A stretch of DNA of 63,575 nucleotides, the filler included, from Vannella sp. (lineage: Eukaryota): NCBI GenBank assembly GCA_023345925.1. It is 6 parts of 6 records of this genome, joined end to end, with 100 filler letters (N's around TTAATTAATTAA, not from the genome) between each part and the next. Parts side by side here need not be neighbours in the genome. Positions count along the whole stretch, not along the records: positions 50,605 to 60,365 come from JAJQQN010000885.1; positions 60,466 to 63,575 come from JAJQQN010001414.1; 4 more parts are not named here. One strand, given 5' to 3'. This document shows, in pieces, positions 55,068-63,575 of this stretch (position 1 is its first letter; each line of letters begins with the position of its first letter). Position numbers and translations under genes: made by a program. The notes under the pieces are model-generated. The model saw only the letters and a program-made list of their open reading frames with translations. It was not told where the DNA came from and made no database searches.

Positions 55068-56699
55068 ATGGTCAATTGTTCACCTGTTGTGCTCAGTGGG
55101 AGAGTTGTGAATGAATTCTTGCCAGTTTGGTGGATGCTTCGAGGGCTGGGGGTGGTGGAGCTTTCAGGGGCTGTTATCTGTTTAGGAAGCCTTGTGGTGG
55201 TGTTCTTTACGTTGGCTAATGCTCCTTTGCTTTCTCCTTTGGCTCTGTTTGGAGTGCCTGCGGCATTCCTGCTGTGGGAGGGTTGGTGGCTGATTGGGAA
55301 CGTTTTGGCGATCGTTGGGATGTTCCTCCTTGGCGGCTTGCTCCATCAGATCAACGAGTGTACTCGTTATAACCGTGAGAGAGTAGAGAACGATCCAAGG
55401 CTTCGCAGGTCCTCTCGTATCTCCCAGCGCAGGAAGCTGGAGAACTCTCCCAGTGTCCGTCGGGACCCTGACTCTCTGTTTGCCAGGGATCAGGCCTCTC
55501 CAGCTTTACATCAGAGCCCTTCTGTTGCCCCAACAACGCCTCTCTTTGCATCTCCATTCCAAGCTACTATAACCAACATGAGAAGAGAACCAAGCAGTAT
55601 CCGGATGGGATCTCCTCTTGCACCATTGCGGCAGAGAGATACCTGGGGTGAAGCGAAGGAAGCTGAAGAATACATTGTGGCGCAGATGCAACTGCAATCG
55701 AGAACTCCAACACGTAGGCGGAAGGAGGCACTCTTTCGCTCTGGCTCACATTTAATGCAGGATTGACCTTCACCTCAGCTATCAGAGAGTACTCGCCCTC
55801 ATTTGTAGAAGAGACAAGATCCAAGAAGCCCGAAACAGGGTCTCCTCTTCCTATGGAGGCACCAGCGGTGCTGCAAAATCTCGGAATCGAGGAAGAGATG
55901 TACGAATGGCGTGTCAACGCACAGGAATGGATAGATCAAAGAATCTCCAAGGCATCCATCTTTGCTCGTCAGATGCACACGTATCAACAAACTGGATCAG
56001 GAGCAACAGAGGAAGCCGCAATATTCATCCGCAGCTTTCAAGCCAGATTCCCTGAAAGTTGCCGGGATTATATTCTGGAGCGCCTTCAAGGTTCGTTGCT
56101 CTGTCTAGTGATTAAGTCTTACCTTTTTAGTGCTTGGAGAGAGTGGGTGCAGTGGATATCAGTACAAATGGGACGGTGGCGGCAGCTTTCACCAGAAGAC
56201 TTGGACATCAGAGTTTCCTGCTGATTCGGAAGTGAGTCTCTTTGTGCTTTTATTTGCTCTCTTCTGATTCTTGAATAGCTTCTGATGCAACTATTCTGTA
56301 TTGAGTTGGACCAGAAGCTGAACAACATTAACGCAGCCGTTTTCACCCGCAAGTATTATGTTGACGGCCGCTTCGACCCAAGTCAGTTCTTGTGACTGCC
56401 CTTCATTTTCTGACATGGAACAGAGTTGAGTCGACCTGTCCAGGTAGCGATTAATCACCGAAAAAGCTCCCAAGGAGCACCACAATTTGACGTCATTCAC
56501 GCTGACAAGGTTCTCAAAGTACAAGAGGTAATACCCTTCTCCCTTGCATTCAATTAGTGCTAATGCGAAACAGGGGAAATTCAATCTGCCTCATGCAATC
56601 GCTTTGTTTGTCTTTTTAGTCAAACGGGATATGAGTGGCTGCCTTGAGCAAATTAGTCTGAGTAACAATGATATTCGGCTGATTCAGGTTGTGTGCTGA
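55068..56699 (+). CDS. TMEM209-like nuclear envelope protein, multi-exon
   Basis: N-terminal TM helices and an S/P/T-rich linker, then EWRVNAQEWI, DYILERL, YKWDGGG...W...FPADS, LLMQLFC..LD and GKFNLPHAIALFVFLVK. The start is uncertain. Confidence 0.72.
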
Positions 56700-56724
56700 A
56701 CAAGAACACCCAAAAGAAGGTGCC

Positions 56725-58022
56725 TTAGACGAGAATGTGAGGAATAGGAGGATTATTCAGCTCTGATTGAAGATTATTAGGTGCAAAGCAGAGGTCTATA
56801 AAATCCTCATCCACTTCTGAAAGGCTTTTGGGCGTCCAGCTTGGTTGAAAGTCCTTTCTTATCAATACTGCAGCAACACCTTCTTGCAGATCAGGGCGAC
56901 CTTCTAAATGCAATCCAACTCGGTATTCCATCTTCATGCATTCTTCAATTGGTTGCCCTTTGCCTCTCCGAACGCATTCGAATGCGATCTTCAACGCTGT
57001 GGGACATTTGGACAGAATGGAGGAAAGTGTTTTCTTGGCCCACTGAGACTCATCTTTAGCCAATGAATCAACAACAGCTTGAGTAGTGGATTGGCCGAAG
57101 TGGTGCGTTATCTGATTCCGAAAGGGAAGAAGAATGGAATCACTTTCACGAGTTCTCAGCAATCCCGTTTGCTCCATTGAATAGCTCGAAAGCAAGTCAG
57201 ACACTGCCTTAAATGAACATTCCTTCACAGGAATGTACGAACGTTGAAGATGCGCAAGTAATGAAGCGACTCTCCCGGAATCCGGCACGAAATGTGTCCC
57301 GATGTTGATAACAGCAAGGTCAAATGCACCTAGGCGGAGGGCTGTCATCACAATGTACTCACCCACAAAAGGAATACTCAGATTCGATGCAGCCACTCCA
57401 TTCTGTTCATCCACTCGTGGGGAAGACAAAAAGAACGAAGCGCCGCAATCCGTATTCCAGCCAATGTTCGTCTGTTCCTCCTCGCTGAGCATCCTGAGGT
57501 ACCTGTGTAAAGATAGATACCTACCTCAGGCATAGAAAAGAGTGTGTTTGGTGTTACAACGCGGAATGCAGCTAAACAAGCCAGTCCTGCGCCCCCGCCC
57601 ATTGCTATTCCATCGATGAGGGTTGTGATGGGCTTTGGGTACTTCTGAATGAGGCAGTCTAGCCGATACTCTCGGTACGTGAACTCTCTTCGGTCTGTGG
57701 AGATGAACTCTTTGAGATCTCCTCCGCAGCAGAAAGCCGGCCTGTTTGGTCGAGACGAGGGCTCTTGATCAAAGAGAGGATGGATCACAACATGTCGTAC
57801 GTTGTCACAAGACATCCACTGTATCAGACGCTCGTACAGGAAGACGATGTTCTTCAAGGACAGAGAATTCATGGCTTTGGGGCGGTTCAGTTGCACAGAG
57901 GCGCATCCACTCTTCCAGATGATGTAACTCATCCCATCCACCTCCTCTGAAGCTTCTACAACCTCCCCCCTTCCTTCCGTGTTGTCTTCCACTTGGCGGA
58001 GCACCGAGCACGCCCGTTCCAT
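56725..58022 (-). CDS. HIBCH: 3-hydroxyisobutyryl-CoA hydrolase (crotonase family), 2 exons
   Basis: LNRPKAMNSL, AFCCGGDLK, EYRLD, DGIAMGGGAGL, FSMPE, CPTALKI, MEYR and DLQEGVAAVLIRKD..P.W. Confidence 0.88.
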
Positions 58023-58064
58023 CCCTGAGAAGAGCGAATGAGTGAAGGTGAGTGTATGAGCTTG

Positions 58065-58895
58065 TTACATGTACAAGGAAGAGTTCATCGATGAGCCAGC
58101 GGTATGGATCCCGAGGAGCTCTGTTGCTTTGTCCTCCAACTTCTTTGCGTTGCGTTCAAGGCACGCTGTGTCCGCTTCAAAGGCAAGCACACTACTGATA
58201 GTCTGGATGATGAGTACAGAGGCCCAGATGTCCGGGTAGAACGAGCAAGTGGGAGCAAGGAGGATGCAAATGTCGAATTCGTGTGCCGGGAGACTAGTAG
58301 AGCACTCTACAAGTAGTCCTCCACTGATTCCAGCGATCACAGCCTCTTGCAACGGTTTGTGAGCAAGGTCGAGGAGCTTGTTAGCGATGATCTCGTCGGT
58401 GGAGAGGAATTGCAGCTCCTTTCGCTCCATTCGCTCTGTAGTCTCCGTTGGAGTGCCTTCAGCACAGAAGATCATCTTACTCTCCACAAGGGGAAGAGTC
58501 TTGACCACTGCATCCACCAAGTCGCGGCTGCGCTGGTCGTCTTTGATCTTTCCATCCGCCAAGATGACAATGATTCGGTGGTCCCCAAAGATACGGATGG
58601 AGTGCATGGCTCGCCCCTCACTTATCACACAAGCAGGAGCAGCATGGAGGTCAAGCAGAGCACCGATGTAGGGTAAAGACAATTGCTCCACGAGAGAGTT
58701 AGCGGTGATGATAGGAGTGATCCCAATGTCCCCAAAGCCAACCAACACAGGAGCACCCTTCGCTGCACTCGCAGATGAGAATAGAATCAACTCGAACGCG
58801 TCATTCAGCTTCTCCCTCTTCGCAACAGACTGCTTCGACACCACCGAGCAAACAGCCTTCTTACAAATGATTTTGGTTTCGTCCTGGCCTTTCAT
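58065..58895 (-). CDS. Proteasome assembly chaperone of the PAC2/Pba family with a C-terminal HbYX motif
   Basis: VLVGFGDIGITPIITANSLVEQL...P...I.EG...H.IRIF, IAGISGGLL and YPDIWAS..II. The C-terminus is L-Y-M-stop. Confidence 0.8.
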   Translation of the reverse strand: MKGQDETKIICKKAVCSVVSKQSVAKREKLNDAFELILFSSASAAKGAPVLVGFGDIGITPIITANSLVEQLSLPYIGALLDLHAAPACVISEGRAMHSIRIFGDHRIIVILADGKIKDDQRSRDLVDAVVKTLPLVESKMIFCAEGTPTETTERMERKELQFLSTDEIIANKLLDLAHKPLQEAVIAGISGGLLVECSTSLPAHEFDICILLAPTCSFYPDIWASVLIIQTISSVLAFEADTACLERNAKKLEDKATELLGIHTAGSSMNSSLYM

Positions 58896-59031
58896 TCCAC
58901 AAAGCGGATAATAATTGATGCCAAACCTTTCCGTTGCTTCATTTTATCACCCTGCCAAAAGGCGAAAATTATTTCCAGGAAATTATTTTCGGCTTCTCTG
59001 CCTGCTTCGGGGAGCTTCCTTGCTGAGGACG

Positions 59032-60066
59032 ATGACGGAGTATTGGGTGTCGCAGAAGCGCCACTATTGCAAGTACTGTAATGTGTGGTTGAGTGGGGAC
59101 AAGGGGGTATGTGTTGGGTGAGTGGGGAGGGAGAGGGAGCTGATGGGGAGGGTGTAGAGTATCAACCATCATGACACTGGATGGGGCCACAAGAACCGCG
59201 TTCGCGACTACATCAGGAACGCACAACAGGGGAAAGAGAAAGAGCATAGGGAAGAGAGTAGCCTCCAGAGGGAGCTGTTGGAGATGCAGACGGCAGGGGA
59301 GAAGAGTTATCGGAAGGACTTGGCAAACGCGGAGAAACAGTACAAGACTGGCGTTGCCCCTCCATCAAGAGCACATCCCACCTCAGAAAGTAAACCAATA
59401 AGTCACCCAGTTGCTACACCAAGACCAAGAGCGCCACAGACTCTCTCCAAGAAGGCCGACCCCATCCCCCAGCCTATTGCCCCTCTGGCAGTGCCAGGGC
59501 TCCCTACAGCAGCAATACCTCTCTCTTCAACTACGAAAGGAAGCGAACCGATCACTGAAACGTCCATTGTTGAGGATCTAACGGACTTCAAGGCGTTCTA
59601 CAAACAGTACTTTGAAGAGTTCAAGAAGGACCCTACTGCAAACCCTACGCAGATCGCTCTAGCTGTGGCGTTACCTGAACCAAAGGAGGACAAAAAGGAG
59701 GAGCCAGTGGAAGATACGGGGGGCAATCCTTACGGGGATTGGGAGGAAATTGATGAGGAAGAGGAGGCTCTGATTAGAGCGCCTGTCACATTGGTGGAAG
59801 ACGATTTTACACAATCTGATCCTTATCTTCTCCGCAGGAAAGCCAGGGCACTGACAGGGGACGAGGACTCCGAAGAAGAACAAGAAGATAAGAGTCTAGT
59901 GACATTAGAGAGCTTGGATTCGAGTGTCCAATCTATTTATGAGGATAGCGAGGAGGAGAATGAGACTTTAAGACCAGCTGTTTTCAAAAAGCGGAAACGA
60001 TCGAATCACTCTGGCCCAGTTCGCAAGCGCAAAGCTGTTTCTGCAGTCAACGAAGATGGCGAATAG
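59032..60066 (+). CDS. U1C/matrin-type zinc-finger splicing protein (WBP4/ZOP1-like), 2 exons
   Basis: MTEYWVSQKRHYCKYCNVWL, intron, then SINHHDTGWGHK. Also NPYGDWEEI and a C-terminal VFKKRK. Confidence 0.8.
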
Positions 60067-60365
60067 AAGTCTCTTTCGATGAAAAGTGCATATTCAAGGA
60101 CGTTAGATAACCTGCATTATCACATAGGAAACTGTCGGTACGATAACCGGAACCCCATGCGGAGGCCCGACTTGGAAAAGCAGCCAAAAGGGCCCTTCGT
60201 TCTCCATGAGCTTGGAGTGGTGGGAACTTACGATGTGTTGTGGCAAGGATGCGGCCAAGGTAAGATAGCAACTTGTGCAGATGGTGTCGTTTTGGAAGGA
60301 GTTGGGTGAACTCCTTCAATATAAGGTCGCAAAAGAAGTAGAGTTCTCCTTCTACATGGGTTTGG

Positions 60366-60465
60366 NNNNNNNNNNNNNNNNNNNNNNNNNNNNNNNNNNN
60401 NNNNNNNNNTTAATTAATTAANNNNNNNNNNNNNNNNNNNNNNNNNNNNNNNNNNNNNNNNNNNN
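60366..60465. other. Artificial contig spacer
   Basis: 44 N, TTAATTAATTAA, 44 N. Confidence 0.98.
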
Positions 60466-62299
60466 GATAGTGTATTGGGTTCTGATACTGCTCTAGGGAG
60501 GGTTCTGTCGAATTGATCACGTACAGCGCAGATGGACAGCTCGCTGCGTTCTACGTGGGTGATCAAATGACTGTTTATCGTACAGCCGATGGATCAGTTG
60601 CCTGCCGCTTCCAGCACGCCAAGATCAAGATGGTGAGCTTTTCTCCAAAGAACACTCTCCTTCAGACCTGGCAGTACCACGAGAAGACTCAGCCAGACGT
60701 CGTTCCTCCTGATACTCTCATCCTGTGGAACCTGGAGACTGGGGAGCGCGGCCAGAGCTGGTTGAGAAAGTCTGCTGGAGCCTGGTGAGCTTCACTCGGA
60801 GCCTCCTAGTGTTTCTAATGAGGAAGGGAAGGCCTCTTGTCCGGTGGACTGAAGACGAGTCTGTTGCCGCTCTGATGGGAGCGGATCGCGTTGACTTCTT
60901 TGCAGGACGTCACTGCTCTTCTATCACTCGCAGTGTGAAGGTCAGGCAACACCCCCGTACTTCTAAAGCAGGGAAAGTGACGAGGGCGAGCAGATTCCAG
61001 GGATCACGCACTTCTCATGGGCTCCTGGAGCCACTCTTCCCCACAAGTATGCAGTGTTCGTACCTGAGAAGAAGGGACAGCCTGGACGAGTGCAGTTGTG
61101 CAGTTATCCAGACACTGGGTCGGTCATTGTGCAGAAGAGCATCTTCAAAGCGCAGGAAGGCCAGATCTTATGGAACCAACAAGGAAGCGCCGCTCTCTTG
61201 GTCGCAAACACAGACTTAGATACGAGCGGCAAGTCCTATTATGGCGAAACTGGCGTTCACCTGTTGAACGCTCTCGATGGCACTTGCATCAACGTGCGCC
61301 CTTCCTTGGACAAGCCAGGACCCATCTACGAGACAGTGTGGAGCCCTGTAGGGGACAAGTTTGTGGTAGTGTACGGTTCGATGCCTTCGAAAACGACTTT
61401 GTTCAATTTGAAGCTTGAGCGCTTGATGGACTTTCCTATTCTCCACAGGAACACAGCTGTCTTCTGCCCTCATGGCCATACGCTCATTATTGCTGGCTTT
61501 GGCAACTTGCAAGGAACAATGGATGTTTGGGATGTCAAGCGAGGGAGGAAGATTAGTTCCATTGAGGCTCGGGCTACCTCAGAATGCACTTGGTCTCCGT
61601 GTAGCAATTACATTTTGACTGCTACTGTGACACCCCGCCTCCGAGTGGACAATGGTTGGAAGGTTTGGAAGCCTTGCGGCGAATTAGTCAAGGAGCAGCC
61701 CATCGGGGAGCTTTATCGGTCTATTTGGAAGCCAGTCAGTGCTTCCCTGTATCCTAACATTCCCCCGAGAAGCTCAGCTAGCATTGTCGCTCCAGAGGCT
61801 GCTAAGCCAGCTGCGCCTGTTGCCTATCGTCCACCCCATGCTCGTGGTCGAGCTGCTGAACCAGTGGCCGCCACTCCTGTGGTTGTAGTAGCAACAAAAT
61901 TCATTCCCGAGTCTCAAAAGCCAAAGCAGACAAGTGTACCGGGTCAGCCACCTTCAAAGGCTGCTTTGAAGAACAAGAAGCGACAAGAGAAGAAGAAGAA
62001 GGTTAAGGAAGGGCAAGAAGAAGAAGCAGAGAAGCCAGCTGGAACTCCAGAACCCGAGTCTGAGCCAGCCCAAGTCATTGATGGTAAGTCCATCCCAAGA
62101 AAAGGGCCTCTTCCCATTCTAACTCCCTAAAGACAAGGGAGAAGCCAAGAAGAAAGCCAAGGCAATCCAAAAGAAGCTGAGGCAAATCGAACAGCTCAAA
62201 GAGAAGTTGGCCGCAGGAACCGCTCTCAACGCGCAGGAACAGGAAAAGGTCCAATCAGAAGCTTCCCTTCGAAAGGAGATTGCCAGCCTCGAGATTTGA
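60466..62299 (+). CDS. EIF2A: Eukaryotic translation initiation factor 2A (WD-propeller), 5'-truncated, multi-exon
   Basis: FSPKNTLLQTW, DTSGKSYYGET, VYGSMPSK, AGFGNLQG and TPRLRVDNG. The last exon reads KKLRQIEQLKEK..G..LN..EQEKV. Confidence 0.93.
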
Positions 62300-62356
62300 A
62301 GTGGGAGAGGTTGAATAAAGAGAGCGAAGACGCATTTCCTTCATTTCCTTCATTTG

Positions 62357-63575
62357 ATGGAGTCTTCGGGGGAGTGGAGCCTCGACGACCTTCAGGGGGA
62401 GTTGGAGGGGTTTATGGTTCATCAGGGGCTTGTGAAGGCGAGATGCTTAGCGTTGGAGTCTACGTTTGAGTTGGAGCAGCCCTGGCCGTACGACTTTGAT
62501 AGCCCAGACTCGGTGGAAGGTGGAACGGTGGCTCCGGCTTTGGAGGCGGATGGGGGGACTCTGTTCTACTTTCCTCTCTCTCTTGACATCCCCAATGTCT
62601 TTCAATCTATCGACTCTGTCCCCCAAGAAGTGCTTCTGCGAGTCCATGAGCCGATGAAGATATTAACATCTTCGGGATGGCGGTTTACGATAACTCCTCA
62701 CGATACCCCAGGTTGGAAGCATCTGAAGCCATGCCCTGAACACATCCTATATCATTCCTACGCATTCCAATGTGTCTATGCGCAGAAGCGCGGTGAACAA
62801 GCTGCATTTCTGAGAGGGTCGGTCAACTTGAAGCCTGCGTACGACGTATCAAAGGATCTGATCCTGTCAGAGGGGCTTCCAAACTATCAGGAGCGTAGTG
62901 TACAGAAGTGCTTCACAGGTCCCGTCGTTATTTTGCGATGTCACTGCCCCCTCGGAAAAGCGGCTTTGAGGTGTTTAGCCAAACAACTCCCCGCCCGATC
63001 AGTGTCCTGGATCCCTCACGAAGAGAAAACTACATTCTCAGAGGATGGAACCTTACAGGTGACCTATCTGACTGGCTGTGGACCGATTTCTTCGAAAGCA
63101 TATTGTGGGAAGACATTCCTTCATCGTGACCTTTCCACTCTCTTTACTCTCCGTCAAGTCTCTGAGATAGGGGAGGGAATAGTGGCAAAAGGATTGCTCA
63201 CTTACTATTGTGCAAACTTTGATGAGCAAGGACCCACTATTGAGATGATTAGCACGGAAAAAAGCCACCGCGGGCGAGGATTTTTGGTCACTTTATACTA
63301 TTTTATTGAGCAGTTCTGTTCATACCATTGGAGATCCTCTGGAATACACCCAGAAAGTGGAAAGGAATGTTGGAGGATAATGGTGACGAGTCTACCGGGA
63401 AGCTGTGTGGAAATGAGCTTCTCTAAAGGAGACTTCATTCCGATAACAGATAGAAAGTTCTTCTCCCAATACCTAGGTTATGACGAGCACCTTACTCCAT
63501 TCATCAGACAGCCAATCCCCAGCCAAGATCTGATTGGCTATTTCCAGTCGCCCAGCTCTTCAGAAGCCAAATTGA
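62357..63575 (+). CDS. Open ORF of more than 400 aa running off the window, with a C-terminal GNAT-like segment
   Basis: Read by eye as open from ATG 62357 to the window end. It is missing from the ORF track because it has no stop. AKGLLTY...GPTIEMISTEKSHRGRGFLVTLYYFIE resembles GNAT motif A. Confidence 0.6.
   Translation, partial: MESSGEWSLDDLQGELEGFMVHQGLVKARCLALESTFELEQPWPYDFDSPDSVEGGTVAPALEADGGTLFYFPLSLDIPNVFQSIDSVPQEVLLRVHEPMKILTSSGWRFTITPHDTPGWKHLKPCPEHILYHSYAFQCVYAQKRGEQAAFLRGSVNLKPAYDVSKDLILSEGLPNYQERSVQKCFTGPVVILRCHCPLGKAALRCLAKQLPARSVSWIPHEEKTTFSEDGTLQVTYLTGCGPISSKAYCGKTFLHRDLSTLFTLRQVSEIGEGIVAKGLLTYYCANFDEQGPTIEMISTEKSHRGRGFLVTLYYFIEQFCSYHWRSSGIHPESGKECWRIMVTSLPGSCVEMSFSKGDFIPITDRKFFSQYLGYDEHLTPFIRQPIPSQDLIGYFQSPSSSEAKL

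Noticed and set aside
58023..58068. Spliced PAC2-HIBCH fusion through a GT..CAG intron overlapping the PAC2 stop
   Set aside because: Both candidate GT donors join to a frame other than the HIBCH frame, and splicing would destroy the HbYX C-terminus.
60047..60365. Short ORFs at the end of the fifth contig piece
   Set aside because: No recognisable motifs. It may be the 3' end of a truncated minus-strand gene, but I cannot support a call.

Overview
Compact eukaryotic (protist, probably amoebozoan) genomic DNA with short, roughly 40-55 nt GT-AG introns. It is not one continuous locus. Six contig pieces are joined by five artificial 100-bp spacers (44 N, TTAATTAATTAA, 44 N), so gene neighbourhoods only mean something within a piece. 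About 30 protein genes can be recognised. Highlights: (1) an intronless fusion of a complete bacterial-type S9 peptidase with a cyanophycin-synthetase/GshF-type ATP-grasp ligase; (2) a trifunctional CrtI-CrtB-CrtYc/d carotenoid synthase; (3) a selenoprotein O gene with an in-frame UGA (TUSS*) and a clear SECIS, which the ORF track truncates; (4) an unannotated four-member family of small NAC/WRKY-GCM1-like candidate transcription factors; (5) a roughly 1.7 kb ORF-free array of degenerate ~150/~300-bp hairpin-bearing repeats; (6) a kinase-less PH-myotubularin-LRR-Roc-COR protein. Exon boundaries were read by eye and are approximate. All family assignments come from motif recognition, not database searches.
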